DNA from: Podarcis melisellensis
Lineage: Eukaryota
Length of the DNA: 64,000 bases
Assembly (NCBI GenBank): GCA_964234715.1
Contig: OZ174278.1
Strand: one strand, 5' to 3'
Made by a program: the position numbers and the translations under genes
Part shown: positions 12,101 to 27,634 of the stretch, one piece after another
Position numbering within the stretch: the stretch's first letter is position 1
How the letters are laid out: the number at the start of each line of letters is the position of its first letter
Notes under the pieces: generated by a model
Told to the model about the DNA's origin: nothing
What the model saw: the letters and a program-made list of their open reading frames with translations, nothing else
The model's database searches: none

Positions 12101-15100
12101 ATTTCACAGTACATGGACATTTTTTGTACAACTGGATAATAGATGGGACCAGTTGACCGTATGGGACTAGTAGGCTACTTTCAAATGGGTTTCCAAAGAA
12201 TCAAAGCTATCATTCTATGTGTCAACCTGTATGGTAGGCATATCTGGAAATAGAGCTTGTTTTCACCATTCTATGTCTGTCTTTCCATTTTCTTCTGAGA
12301 AATGTGAATATTCTTACCTAGGAGGAGCAAGAGCAGTCCATTTCTTTAGAGCTGGAGTGAGAAACGTTTTTCAGCCCAAGAGCCACGTTCCCTTAATGGG
12401 GGTTGCATGTCATTGGCAAGTAGGTCTACAGGCAGATGTGGGTAGAGACAAAGTGGGTGGAGCAATTGATGGGACTCCTACCTTCACACAGCAGGCAACT
12501 TTCCAGCCACACAAAAGCCTGTGGTTTCACATCCCACCCCACCCATTCACCAATATCATTCATTCTGGCAAACGAGAGGCATGGACAGACTTCATTATAC
12601 ATTATAGCCAGGCAAAAGCAGTTCAGGAGGCTGTACAGGTAGGTTTGGGTATTTGTGGCCTGGGCAGAGTTCTGCAGGCGGGGAGTCCTTTCCTCAGAGT
12701 ACAGTGGTACCTCTGGTTACGAACTTAATTTGTTCCGGAGGTCCATTCTTAACCTGAAACCATTCTTAACCTGAGGTACCACTTTAGCTAATGGGGCCCA
12801 CCACACCATTGCCGGGCGGTTTCTGTTCTCATCCTGAGGTAAAGTTCTTAACCCGAGGTCCTACTTCCGGATTAGTGGAGTCTGTAACCCGAAGTGTTTG
12901 TAACTCGAGGTGTTTGTAACCCGAGGTACCACTGTACTTGGAAGTATGCTTGCCTGCTGATTTCCTGACAAAACTTGAAAGCCATCTAATCTGAAAGGAC
13001 TGTGACTAATGTGTTTTCTGTCTTAGATTTTGGCTCCATAAGAGTCTTTCAAGCTTGGGGAGGGGAGAGGGAAGCAACTGAGAATCCCAGCCCTTTGTCA
13101 ACCACCTCTGCCTACTCTTTTTGTCTATCATAGCAGCTACTGAGTTGGTGGAGGCAAGTTAGGTTTCCAAGTCCTGCTGCTTCTCCTCCCTAAACAAAAC
13201 ATTGTTTCCAGGCTCTGAGAAGCAGATGAAAAATGTTTCCATTCCCCACGCATCTCAGGTGTTGCATTTGAAGTAGGGAAGAGGAGCTTAAGTAGTGCTC
13301 TGTGTTGCCTCTTTCCCTTTTGAATCTGGTGCTTTGGGTTTTTGTTTTTGTTTTAGTGATGATGAGAAACATTGGTCCACCATAACCTTGGAGTTGCCTG
13401 AAGGAGGGGCATATCATTCTTCCCATAAGTTCCTGTTGTGGGTGTAGGCAGGTTTGTTGTCCCCAAATTGGTTTATACTCTTCTTCATAGGAATGAATGG
13501 CAGCCGTTTACTTATATACCCAGGCTAGGGTAGCACATAACCACTAGGGAACATTGGACCTACTATGCCCTGAGAGAAAGCATCAGACAGGAAACTCAGG
13601 CCAAGAAGATAGTTGCATCTGCTCCCGAAGTCAGCCTGTGAATATTTTGTGCTGCTTGCTTATTTTTAATATCGTAAATTGCAAACCACCCTGGGCACCC
13701 TGGTAAAAAGGCAGTATATAAATGCAATAAATAAATACCGTAGAAAAGAAGGGTATGAACTTACGGATACCATGAAGGCGAAACACCACAGAGATAAAAA
13801 CAAGTCTCCTGCTGGTTCCAGTGTCTTAAGAGGTCAGATATGATCTCTTATTAACCGACACCGAGACTTCAGCTTATCTACCCGATTTGAAGTCAGTAGG
13901 AACCATTTGAAAGCAGATCTAGTTATGTTCTACACATGTCAGGTGTGCCTTAATCACTTTCATATTGCGTTACTTGCATTTGCCATGGGGCTGCCTTTGA
14001 AAAGTATTCAGAAATCAGTTGGTGCAAAATACCAAAGGTTTCCCCCCGCCCCAGGTAGCTTCTGCTTTATTGGCTTCCAGTTCATTTCAAAGCCCATTTT
14101 AAAAGTGCTGGTTATTGTATTAAGAGCTACTAATAAAGCCAATGCAATTTCATTGCACTTAGGTTTGAGTAGTGAAATATTTTTCTCCGCATCATTTAAA
14201 ATTTATTTGCTGTGCTGCTTGATGCTGCTGTATGAATAGTGTGCTTTATTATGTTGTTTCCATTGTTGCTGCTGCTGCTTAGCAGCCTTGGGGAATAAAA
14301 ATAAATAAAAGAAAATATTTGCTCACTCTTTCATCTTTCTATACTTGCCTTGGTTCCTATAATGTTCCTTAATGTGGAGTGTGCTTGCATTTTTTGTGTG
14401 TGCATGTGCATGTGTGTGTAGAAAGAGGAAAGTAGATAGGCTGGTGAATGGTGATGCTGACATGATGGCCATAATATGCACAAGCATGTTCAGAAGAGGG
14501 AGACCAAGAGGATAAATGGTCTGGAAGCCTAGCTTTATGAGGAACAATTGAGGGAGCTGGATATGTTTAGCCTGGTAAAGAGGAGACTAAGAACAGATAT
14601 TATAGCTATCTTCAAATATATAACGGAAGATGGAGTAAGCTAGTTAGGACCCAAACTAATGGCTTCAAGTTACAAGAAATGATATTCCAACTAAACATCA
14701 GGATAAACTTTCTGACAGTAGGAGCTGTTGGACAGTGGAACAGACTTTTTCAGGAGGTGGTTGACACTCCTGCCTTGGATATTTTTAAGCAGAAGTTGGG
14801 TGGTCACCTGTCATGTATTGTTCCTGCATCACAGGGGGTTGGAAGAGATGAACCTCAGGGTCCTTGCCAATTCTGCAGTTCTTTGATTCTGTAACACTCT
14901 TCATGCATGCCTTTCACATATCATTATCACTCATGCACAATCCAACAGTTGACCCAACGGTTTGACCCTCTCGACCAAACATCTGCCTGTCAAGAGTGTA
15001 CACCACCCTCTGCCCCTAATTCTTGCTTGCTGACTAATTTTGAAACTAAAAAGGTCGTTTGTAAACCTTCTGTACCCCTGAGCAGCTAAACCCTGAGCAG

Positions 15101-16918
15101 CGTTCATGTCAAGCAGCTGAAGCTAGTCTCCTTATGGCCAATAGCTATAGAGTTTTCAAAGGCAGCAACACATATTTACTGAAGGTTGTTCTATTTTCTC
15201 AAGCTTCTCTGATTCAGCCACTACTTTTATTTAATACTTCGTTCATCTCTTTATTAAAAAAATTCTAAAAGATAATATACAGCTGTCTTTGACTTTAGCA
15301 TGCTCTATTTCTTAAATCTCAAGTGCCAGGGTATAATGAATCTTGAACTTTGAAGTGGCTACTGTGTTTATATGTTTATCTTGAATTGGCAGTTTCCCAT
15401 GGTAAAACGAGCCAGAGTCACCTTATCATTCCATCCCTGTGCAGTATTTTTATTTTTATTTTTTTTGCAAGGCACTATTTACAGCAGAAAGTTTTTGCTT
15501 TGGAGCAACTTCAGCTCAGGCTTTGGTTAAAATGGGCTTTTAGGCCTTTGCAATCAGTACCTAAGAGGCCTTTGTTCATAAGCTTATGCTGCAAAAAGAG
15601 CTGAAAGGGCCAAAAACTGGTAGTTTATTAACCTAGCCAATTCTCTAAGACAGCTGTGCATGATGATGCTTTGGAAGCCTTTCTCTAATTAATATGGTTG
15701 CTATCTCAGAATACTACAGGGCAAAAGATTAAACTGGATGTTGGCACTGGAGATAGGAGCTTTTTTGGAGACAAATTGCCTGCTTGGTGACAGATGGCAT
15801 GTTGTAATCTTGTAGAATCCAACCCAGAAATGTAGCAACCATTTGAAGACACAGCATAACACTTCCTTGTATTGTTATTTTGCCTAGGTTATGCAAAAGG
15901 TAGTGTTGAATTAGTACTGTGTCACAGCTCATGGAGTGCAGACTAACAACATATCTGTTTTGGAATACCTTTTCATAAAAGTTGCATTCCTTTTTTCTCA
16001 CTTGACTTTGCACCTTCAAAATTTGGATAAACTGTGGCTACTCCCAAAAGTTTTCTGTTTGTAAACAACTGACATTCAAAGTTAAGATTCCACCTAAAGA
16101 TTTTAAATGGAGCAGGATAGTTCAGATAGCTTGCCAAACCATGGCTTGTCATGATGCCTGTAGCACCACCAGCCATCAATCCATGGTTTGTGAATGTCCA
16201 CTAAACCAGGATTTTTGAAAAGTTCATATACTCTGGTTTCTCTTCAGATCGTATAAATCCTTTGCCTTTTACTAAAGGATCTTTGAAGAGACCACTGTTT
16301 GAATAATATCTGGGGATTCTTGGGAAAGGCAGGAGGAGAAAGTAACCCCAAATCATTGTTCTTCTGAACCTCTGGAATGCAAATTATGATTTGGAGTACA
16401 AGCTATAGTTAGGGCAAACCATGGTCTGGCATTAGATCAGAATCAATGCATTATATTTTAAAATTCTAATTATCTCAGTGGTCTTAGGTGTTTCGAAAAC
16501 TAGAGAAACTTTCTTTTTCGGCTATTTTACTTCTCTCCAGTTTTGTGTTTTTAAAAGTACATCATTTTTATAGGTTCAGCTCCCTGGATCAAGTTTACAG
16601 GCTGCTGCCCAGTCCTTAAATGTACAGGTAAGTGCTTTTGCGTCTGCATCAACCTTTTTTTCTTTCTACTTTTCTTTTTGCAATACCAATGGGAGAGTTT
16701 GGCAGCCATTAACAAATGTTGTTCAGTACAGAAGTCCTGTTTGACATTAAAAGATGTTTAAAAAACTCCCAAGAGTTGGAGCTGAAATAAGATGGTCAGC
16801 ATGGCCTTACTGTAATCACTTCGGGTTTTCCTTTATAATAATAAAGATTTATAGTTAAAATCTGAAACTGGTTGCTCTTCTGTTCTCTGTAAGATGCAGC
16901 TGACTGCTTAAGCATAAA

Positions 16919-16970
<52 letters not shown>

Positions 16971-19900
16971 GATTGATACCCTGTGAATCTGGCTGGGTTT
17001 CCCCAGCCACTCTGGGCTGCTTCCAACAAAATATTAAAATACAGTCATCCATCATTCCACAGTGCAGATGCCACTACCGAGAAGACCCTCTGCCTGCTTC
17101 CCTGTAACTTGGCTTCTTGCAGTGAGGGAACTGTCAGAAATGTACTGGGAGCCATTGTAGGTCTTTCAAGACCGGTGTTTTGTGGTCTCGGCAGCCTCTC
17201 CCAGTCACCAGTCTAGCTGCCGCATTCTGTATTAGTTGTAGTTTCCAGGTCACCTTCAAAAGTAGCCCCACATAGAGCGCATTGCAGTAGTCCAAGCGGG
17301 AAATAACCAGAGCATGCACAACTCTGGTGAGCAGTCTGTAGGCAGATAGGGTCTCAGCCTGCGTACCAGATGGAGCTGGTAAACAGCTGCCCTGGACACA
17401 GAATTGACCCTCGCCTCCCTGGACAGCTTCAAGTCCAAAATCACTTCCAGGCTGCTCACCTGGTCCTTCAGGGGCACAGTTACCCCATTCAGGACCAGGG
17501 AGTCCTCCACACTCTCCTGCTTCCTGTCCTCCCAAAACAGTACTTCTGTCTTGTCAGGATTCAACCTCAATCTGTTAGCTACCATCCATCCTCCAACCGC
17601 CTCCAGACACTCACACAGGACCTTCACTGCCTTCACTGATTCCGATTTGAAAGACAGGTAGAGCTGGGTATCATCCGCATATTGATGAACACCCCAGACC
17701 AAACCCCCTGATGATCTCTCCCAGCGGCTGCATGTAGATGTTGAAAAGCATGGGGGAGAGGACAGAACCCTGAGGCACCCCACAAGTGAGAGCGCAGGTG
17801 TCTGAACACTCACCCCCCACCACCACTTTCTGGACACGGCCCAGGAGGAAGGAGCGGAACCACTGTATGACAGTGCCCCCAGCTCCCAGCCCCTGTAGAC
17901 GGTCCAGAAGGATGTTATGGTCGATGGTATCAAAAGCTGCTGAGAGATCCAGCAGAACTAGGAAACAGCTCTCACCTTTGTCCCTAGCTCACCAGCGCGA
18001 CCAAGGCAGTTTCAGTCCCATAATGAGGCCTGAATCCCAACTGGAAGGTGTAGGATGCCTTAAAGCGTTATAATCTACTGCTTACTGCCTTTCATTAAAA
18101 TATTCAGGCAATGCATCAAAGGGGAAGGAAAATAGTATTATTGTGAAGTGGCATCATTCTCTATGAGTGCTAAGGAACTAGGGTAGGGCATTCTTGAAAG
18201 CCCCTAGAACATGCACCTAGTTACATATGATAATTTTGAAAGGAGGCGCGATAGTGACCTTCCTCTCTAAAAGAGAGAGGCTGAAAATTGCCTTGGTTGC
18301 CATGGCAAACTTTGAGTCCCTGAGAGAGATGTTGGCAAACAGGCTATATCTCCAGTGCAGAATGTTTACAGTCCTGTGCTGTAATTATCTCTCAATGACT
18401 GGCAGAATTAATCAGAGCCTCTATGTTAATTAGCCTGCTCTGCAGTCCCCAAAACAGGTGGTGGAAAATATGCAAATCTATGCAGAATTTTAATGTTCTG
18501 CATAAGCAGTTTTAATTACCATAAACCCCCTCTCCTTGTTTTTCCTTTTCATGTGCTTTCTCACTTGCATTTTTCCCTCATGGCTACAGTAATTTCATCT
18601 TTCATAAGATGGTTTTAAATAAATGAACTGTGTTTGCCTATATAAATACCAAATTCTGTTTCTTAGAGACAAGATGTATGGTGAGTGTTTGTTTTTGTTC
18701 CTGGATGCAATTCAGCATCTAAAGTTTTTCAAGCTAATATCTTGTTTAGTTTGAAATACTATGTTTATGAATTATTATAAAATGTATAAAAGAAAAATCT
18801 ACTGCACTAATCCAAAACTTGCATGCTACTGATTACTGAGTTTCACATTGACTAGGAATTAGGCAGTTTGGTACAAGTGTGTGCAGATCTGACTGTAGTA
18901 TGGCAATGACTGGGAAACTTTAAAGGCCGTGCCTTTAAATCAAGCACTAAATAGGAAATTTTCTTGAACATATGTATATGTGTTTTGAGGGGGCCCTGTG
19001 TCTGGAGGCCCGCTCCAACTACAATCGAGCCCCTGTTTTTGTTAATGATTTGAAGTAACAGCAGCATTTTTTTCTTCCATTCTGATAACGTGAAAATATT
19101 GGCTTCCGGCTACAATACCAAATTAGCATTTCTCCCCCCCACCTGTTATCTATGAAAACAAGTTGTTGAAATAAGCAGCTTTTTATCTTATTGATAACCA
19201 CAAATCTTGTTAATATCATCCCTCTTTATATTACAATAAACTATGAAAATGGCTGTGTCTACATTGATACCCATTCTGTTCTACAAAAGCTTGTATATTT
19301 TCTTTCCTAGACTAAACCTAATGAAGAATCTGGGGACAGTCAGCAGCCAAGCCAGCCTTCCCAGCAGCCTTCAGTACAGGCGGCCATACCCCAGACCCAG
19401 CTCATGCTGGCTGGAGGACAGATCACTGGGGTAAGATGAGTCCAAGTGAATTGTAATGAGCCACCAACTCATGTTTTTGTATTAGACAGAATAGATTGTT
19501 GCTTTATCATTCCAGGTGAATGTGGCCAGAGAAAATCTCCCTATTGGTTTTATGAGTCTCTCAGTGGCACTTGATGCTTTGGATTATGGTATCCCAGTCC
19601 ATGGACCTGTTTGCTTCTAGGCCTATATTGTCTGAGTTCAGCCTATCTGGAGAAATTGCCACATCTCTTGAGATTTGCAGGAGGAGACCTTGTGCTATGT
19701 CCCCATGCCATGAGAAAAGTTGTCTTCTGGAGCAAAAGTAGAACCCTCTCTATTGTAGCTTACCTTCTTTGAACTTTCTATCTAGGGAGGCTCTGTTAAT
19801 CCTGCCACCACTATCTTTTAGAAATCGGGTTGATATATTAGAAATTAATTGATACAATTGTAGATGGGGAGTAGTTTTTAAATTCTGTAATTTTATTTTT

Positions 19901-22900
19901 GATATAGTGGTTATTGCTGTGTAATCTATCTGGAAAGCTGATATATACAATATGAAACCTACCATATCAGATGCTATTTCTCTACTTTGCTGATGAGTAT
20001 AAGGGTAATTTTTAACACAGTATGTTGATTCAAGAAGTCAACAAATTATAGCAAATTTCTTCTTTTAGATTAGTTTTTTTGGGGGGAGTGTTTGTCTTGC
20101 AACCTAAGGCCCATGGGCCAGATGTGGCCCAATCGCCTAATCAATCCGGCCCGTGCACGGTCCGGGAATCAGTGTGTTTTTACCTGAGTAGAATGTGAGC
20201 TTTTATTTAAAATGTATCTCTGGGTTATTTGTGGGGCATAGGAATTCGTTCATTCCCCCCCCAAAAAAAACATAGTCCAGCCCACCACATTGTCTGAGGG
20301 ACGGTGGACCGGCCCACGGCTGAAAAAGGTTACTGACCCCTGTCTTCCTCCATATTTGCTTTCTTCTGTGACCTCCTAGTCACAATGAAGAGGGAAAAGA
20401 AGTTAGTACTGCTGGTACAATGTCTTGGTCATATTTATGACTATTTGATCAACCATTTTACCACAGTGCTATTGTTGATATAACCACACTCTTAAGTTTG
20501 CTGAAATTTCCTTTTCCATACACAAAATGAGGTTTAAATCCACCTATTAACAGTTCTCATTGGATGGAGAACTTTTCACGTAAGCTATCAGTGTTTCTTT
20601 CAATTGCAAAAAAAAAGTATGCTACAACAACTTGGGAGACTAAAAACTGATAAATGACTTCTGCTATTTTCAAAATTTGAGACATGCAGTTAATCGGAGA
20701 CTTTTCTCCCTATATTATTTATCTCTGAAAGGTATATGTAATATGTAAATCAAATGGCACTGCTTTGAGTTTAGTTCTATTTATAGGCATACAGAAAACT
20801 GCTTTATACCAACTCAGAGCAGTGGTCTGTCTACCTTAGTATTGACTGGCAATGTTTTCTATTTATGCCAGATACTTCGCCTTAAAGCTCTACAAATGGC
20901 TGTTTTCCATATGTAGTGGGCTTTTACTGTAATCTGAATACAGTTTTTTTCATGGCTTTTACTTACAGCACTTTTATATAAGCATACAGTAAAAATTAGT
21001 CCATATACATTAAATGTCATTTTGCCTAACTGCTCTTTGCTACATTGAAACTAGATCCAGGTCTTTGAAGGTAAGGGCTCTTTCTATACAGAAACAGGGA
21101 AGAATATTCATGTATCGAAGGGAGTCTAACGCCACCTGTTTCATAGAGATAATGTGTGTTTGGAAACCTGCAGAGATGTCAACCTACCAGCTCAATCCTA
21201 TCAAAACAAAAAGGCAGACGGAAGAGGGGGGTTGACTTGGAGGGGAACAAATGGTGCACATGTTCCTCAGCTATATCTTAAGGCATAATGGAAATGATGA
21301 AACATGCCAGGGATTCATGCTAATGTGAAGCAGCTGGAGTATTATCAGTTTGTTTGGTAACCACAGCCAGTATTGCTATTTCTCATTCATCTGGCTAATC
21401 GCTTCTGCTTCTGGTGGGTGTAAATTTCCTTTCAAAGCCTGTCAGTGATGGCTTGTTCTTTTGCTTGCTATTTCCTGTCAGTGCTGTTTCTTTCCATTGC
21501 TTGCTAGCTAATTACCTTTTTCACATTAATTTTGAAGCAGTGCCACAATAATGCAGTGGCCACAATGATACAATGCTTATGCCAGTACCATTTAGATGAG
21601 GTGAAATATAGGTTGATAGATTGGTTGATTTTTATCTTACCTGGAATAAACATCTGCTCCCTGTATACGGTGGCTTGTTTGAAGGCAACTGGTCAGAAAT
21701 AAATAGTGATGGTTTGTAAAAGGGATGATGTTTCGTGCTATTAACTACTGTCCTAAAACTTGTTCCTAGCTCACGTTAACACCAGCCCAGCAGCAATTAT
21801 TGATACAACAGGCACAGGCACAGTTGCTGGCAGCTGCAGTGCAGCATTCAGCCAGTCAGCAGCACAATGCTGCAGGCGCCACCATCTCAGCTTCTGCTGC
21901 AACGCCCATGACACAAATCCCTCTATCTCAACCGATACAAATTGCACAGGTGAGCTTTGTCTTTCGAACCATTGATCATGTTGGCCTGCCCTAATATGTC
22001 TCTTTTGTTACTCTTTTGTTCGCAGTGCAACTGAATAAGGGCTCACAAGGCAGTGTTTTGAATACCTTGGCAACATAGTCTGCTTGGTCCTCTGATTTCC
22101 AAAGACCACACATCCCTGTTACAGAAAGCTACAAGTTTCCTTTTATAAAATGCAGGCATGGCAACATTCAGGTCAAATAATCTGGCTCTTATAAACAGTT
22201 TTTACATTTGAGCACTTGCTCTTTCCACTCCACTTGCTTTCCTCATTTCCTGATTTTTGCAGGCCACAATTTGGTGTGACATCCAAAGTGGGTAAATTAA
22301 AGTTTATGCAAACCATTATTTTCCCATTCTGGTTTGGAGACAACCATGGTTTGAAATGAGTTTCTAATTCTGGTTTGGTAATAAAATGTAGTATTTCAAA
22401 CCCAGAAATGAGAGGACATTGAAGGGACGTTGTGGGCACAAAGCTGTTCACAAGAACCAAACCATGATTCGGCTGTTAAATCTGAACAAGACTCACATAT
22501 GCAGTTTGGTTCTTGATCCAACTCAGGACTTCATGGCAACCATGGGGTTGTTTCAAGTGATCATTGACCTGACACACAATGCAGAACACACTCCTGATTT
22601 GGTTATTGCTCCTGGTGGTGAGGTAGGATGCCTGGAAATGAGGAGGTGTTTCTGTGCCCCTTTTGCCATCATCAGACCACTTCCTGGTGAAGCTTGAGCT
22701 GACACCAGTCCCCCCCCTGCAGGGGTGGAGGACCAGTTAGGGTAGACCACTTAGGGATTCCTGAATGCTATAGGTATTTTCTGATGGGTGAAACAGGCAA
22801 ACCTGCTAAGGTCCTCGTTTCACTGGGGAATGGTGAGATGTGGAGGGCCATAGATATGGTTTCTTCTGCGCATCCTCTCAAATGCTGTGTTAGAGCACAT

Positions 22901-23806
22901 AATCATGCCTACTTTGCACTCGTGAAAGCAGCAAGGAGGGCCTACTTCACTGTCTCCATTGCACCATTGAATAACTACATAGCAGAGTTCTTCAGAGTGG
23001 TCTGTTGGCTCTGGACCCCTGTATTAGTGAATGGAGCTCAGGAGCCCCCAGGGACTTTTGCTTTCTAGACACTTTAGAGAATGAAGTCACTCACCTCCAT
23101 AATGTGCTTGATTCCATGATTTATGCAGCTCCAAGTGAGATTTCCAGTCATCCACTAAGCCTTTTTGTGAGATCAGTTTCAGTTTTTGCAGCCTGCCGAC
23201 AAAAACAAGGTGCTTAGAAGTATGCTACTATTTGTGGGGCCAGACTACTGCCAGCATATATCTCCTTGTCTTTGGAATCTGCATTGGCTGCCAAGCTGCT
23301 TCCAGTCCAGGCAGCCAATACAGATTTGGGTACTAATGTATAAGGCCCTAAGCATCTCTGGACCAAGTTATTTGAGAGACTGCCTTACTCTCCATATGCC
23401 CAGCAAGTTACTTCTTTGCAATTGGGGCAGTTCCTGAAACCCTAAAAATATCAGAAGTTCTAGCCATGACAATATGTTGCAGGGTTTTCAGTGTGACTGT
23501 TTGTGTAACAGGATCATTGTTGAGATACAGCAGGTGCCCTCTGTTTGTAATTTCCAGAAACAATTGAAGACATTCTTGTTTCAACAAGCTTTTCCAGCTG
23601 GGTGTGAGTAGGGATGGGAACTAGGTTTCTTGCCTATCTTTAGTTGATTTGTATATTGTTTTTAAGCCATGATGGGCGTAAAGCCGAATAAACATTTTGA
23701 GATGTTTTAAGCCTATTCTTAGTGATTTTTAGTGTATGGTATGAATCACTTTGAGATGTATATGAAATCAATGTAAAGTTAAATTTCTTGGACTTGTGTT
23801 TGTATG

Positions 23807-23849
<43 letters not shown>

Positions 23850-26800
23850 ATTGCTAATGAATTTTTAATTATTTTATTTCTAGTTCCGAGTCTCCATGTG
23901 AACTCTGCTTTTGAGTGGCCTATAAGTATAGTTAATAATTCTGGTTAATAATTCATGGTCACAAGGAGCAAAAATGAAAGTTGAGAGCCAGTGTAGTATT
24001 GGAATTAAACCTGGGAGACCTGAGTTCAGTTACCTACTCATTGGGTCATTTAGGACCACTTCCTTACCTGTCACCTTAACCAACCTTATATCTGAAGTCC
24101 GTCACTTTTTCCACTGCAAATTGGAGTATATGGACTTCATCAATTGCTTACAACAGAGCACTGCTTAGCTTGTTTGGATTACTATTATAAATACATTATC
24201 CAAATAATTGTTTGTTTTTATAGCCCTGTTCTTGAATAATTGATTCACTGACCTGATCTCCGTTTCAGACACATCATTATATTTAACTGATTTTACACAC
24301 ACAACTCAAGCTGCGATCATCGCAAGAAATCTTCTGTGAGAATATGAATAAATGGAATAAATGCTAGGAGGGTTTTCCCCTAACATTTATATAGTAGTGT
24401 TTATAGTTCTCTGTGCACCTACTGGTAAGGCAGTTTACAGAGCTAATACAAATTATACCACATCCTGATAGATACAATGTACATAACAAAATACAATTTA
24501 GCATGCTGCGAGGAAATTGTTTTTCATTTTTCATAATATGTTCTTACCACTCAAGTTCTTGCTATCTTTTTTTTATCATGGTGGTACAATGGGCTAGTGT
24601 TTTGAGTTTGTTGGCTTCTTACCAGACCTACAAAAGCCATCAAGTCAGTAGGATTCCGAGAGTTAATTCTCTGATGTGTGAAACATGGCCATAGATTGAA
24701 GTTGATTACTGCCCAGACACCATATTGTTCCATGTTTACTTCCCCTCCCCCTCCCATATGATGAGCATGTCCCCACATAAACAATTGTAGGATTCACTTC
24801 TGTGGGTTGGGCAGACTAGGGCCAAGAGGAAGGAGATGGTATGTACTTTCTCTCACCACTGTTTTGTAGCTGTTGCTTGCCTGGAAGCAGATGTATGAGA
24901 AAGCAAAGGCAGATTTCCAGTAGCATCCCTCTGCTTGTATGATGCAGCTGGCATAAAATTCCAGCAGGTCTCCTTAGGAGCAGGGTTGATGAGCCTGGTG
25001 GGCTGTTGATGGCTGCACTAGTCATTTCCTACCAAAGCCCCCATCACCTGCGGAGGGCAGATACAAAAACTGAAGGAGCCTGGGGACAAGTAGAGCTCCG
25101 TGGCAGCCTAAAACTTCAACATTTGCTGATGCTAAAATTTTGTTTCTATTAGTGAAATTGATGATATGCTGAAAACCTCAAGAGGAGGACTACATCCTTA
25201 AATCAATACTTTGCTGTTGTTCCTTCGCGTTAGCAACTTTTCCCAGGTCATTCTATGATTCTATGAATTAGTATATGTTCATTTTTTTATGCGCTGTTAA
25301 ATTGAGATGCCCTCTGTTTGCAGAATAAGAATTTTGGATCACGGTTCTTTTCCTAATGGGCTTGTCTTGCTTTTGAAGGGGAGGGAGTGACTGTTTAAGT
25401 TTAAAAAACTCTTAATTTCGTTTTGCTTCTTCAAGGATTTGCAGCACCTGCAGCAGCTCCAACAACAGAATCTCAACCTGCAACAGTTTGTGTTGGTGCA
25501 TCCAACAACCAACTTGCAACCAGCACAGTTCATCATCTCACAGACGCCGCAGGGGCAGCAGGGTGAGCAAGACGTTTCCTAAAGGACTTAGGTTTTTTAT
25601 AAAGATATTTTGTTGCAGGCAAACAAGCAACCAGACGTATTTAATACTCAGGCACGTAAATTTTAGGGAAGATGTTTGTTACTATAGAGTAGGGACCATC
25701 TGCTTGAATATATCCATCACATGAGCAGAAGTCCAATAAGTATGCAGGCATGGCTTCTCTGGAATCCTTATCCTTTCCCTTCTTTAATATAGTACTCTTT
25801 TTTTCCCTTTTTTACAGTTTTGGAAATAGTCAGCATACAGGACACCTCTTTTCCCCTATATGCCTTTATTTGGGCTAAAACTTTAGGCTACAAAAATTCA
25901 TTTTTAAAAATTCTGTCCCACCTTTTCTGCAGTTGCTAGAGTGCTTCGAGTGTCATGATTGTAATGAACATAAGAAGAGTTCTTCTGGATCAGGCCAAAG
26001 ACTCATTTAATCTAGCATCCTGTTCTTACAGTGGCCAACAAGATCCCTATAGGAAGCTCCTACGCAGGACCTGAGTGCAACAGCACTCTCCCTTCCTGTG
26101 ATTCCCAGCAACTGATATTCAGAGGCATACTATCTCCAACCGTAGAGTTAGAACATAGCCATTGTGGCTAGACGCCATTGATAGCCTGATCCTCTATGAA
26201 TTTGTCGAATCCTCTTTTAAAGCCATCCAAGTTGGTGGCCATCACTACATTTGTGGGAGCGAATACTATAGTTTAAACTATACACTATGTGAAGAAGTAC
26301 TTTCTTTTGTCCTGAATCTTCCAACATTCAGCTTCATTGGCTTCCCCTGAGTTCTAGTACTATATAATAGGGAGAGTTTTCTGCCTGCCACTTTTTCCAT
26401 GCCACACCTAATCTTATGCACCGCTCTCACGTCCCCACTCCCACCACTCATCTTTCCCCCCTAAACTTAAAATCCCTTTATGTTTCCTCAGGGGAGTTCT
26501 CCAACCCCATGATCACTTTAGTTCCCTTTTTGAGGGGAGGTGACCAGAAACTGTACACAGTATTCCAAGTGTAGTCTCCCCATAGATTTGTTATAACAGC
26601 ATTGTGATTTTGGCAGTTAAATTTTCAGTCCCTTTCGTGATGATCCCTAACATGAAATTCGCCTCTTTCACAGCTGCCGCACACTGGGTCGGGTCAACAT
26701 CTTCATCGAGTTACCCTCTACAACCTCAAGGTCTCATTCCTGGTCAGTCACTGCCATTTCAGACCCCATTAGCGTATATGTTAAATGAGGGGTAAAAATT

Positions 26801-27589
26801 TGCCCCAATGTGCATCATTTTACACTTGCTTAGAATAAATTGCATTTGCCGTTTTACTGCTTTTTCACCCAGTTTGTAGAGATCCTTTTGGAGCTCAACA
26901 ATTTGGTATCGTCAGCAAACGTGGCTACCTCACTGTTCACCCCTAACTCCAGGTCATTAAAAAGTAAAAAGCAAAGGCCTCAATCCTTGTTGGCCTGCAC
27001 TTTCTTCATCCTTGCATTGGGAGAACTGTCCATTTATTCCTACTCTGCTTTCTGTTTCTTAACTAATTCCTGATCCATAAGAGGACTTCTCTTACTCCAT
27101 GATTGCTAAGTTTATTCGGGAGTCTTGGGTGAGATACTTACCTGCAGCTTTTTGAAATTATTAAGTCAAGTTTTGAAGTAGTAAGTCAGCATGTCAACTG
27201 GATCACCTCTTCCTATATGCTTGTTGATACTCAAAGAGAGAACTGTAATAACACAGGACTTGCCCTTGCAGAAACTATTCTGGTTCTGCTTCAGCAAGGC
27301 ATAACAATTCTTTCCACCAGTTTTTGTGGAACAGATGTTAAGATAATTGACCTGCAATTTCTCAGGAACCCCAACCCCACCCCAGATCCTTTTTTAAAAA
27401 TCCACTGCCAAGTCCTCAGGTATGGAGGTTAATTGACAGTTTTCATATTTTTGTTATAAGTTCAGCAATTTCACATTTCAAAACTCTTGGGTGCCATCTG
27501 GACCAGATGATTTTTCAGTTTCTAATTTGTGAAAAAGACCTAGGACTTGTCACCACCATTTGCCTCACTACTACTACTACTACTACTAC

Positions 27590-27634
<45 letters not shown>

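Noticed and set aside
12219-12728. 169-aa ORF
   Set aside because: Runs through MITE remnants, has no recognisable motif and a non-ATG start
12740-12930. Repeated TAACCYGA units resembling a spaced repeat array
   Set aside because: Subterminal repeats of a Tigger-like MITE; eukaryotic DNA with no CRISPR or cas context
16796-17055. poly-Ile and poly-Leu ORFs
   Set aside because: Translations of the (AAT)n L2 tail
17256-17933. 225-aa reverse transcriptase ORF as a functional gene or retron-like system
   Set aside because: Frameshifted, truncated L2 copy
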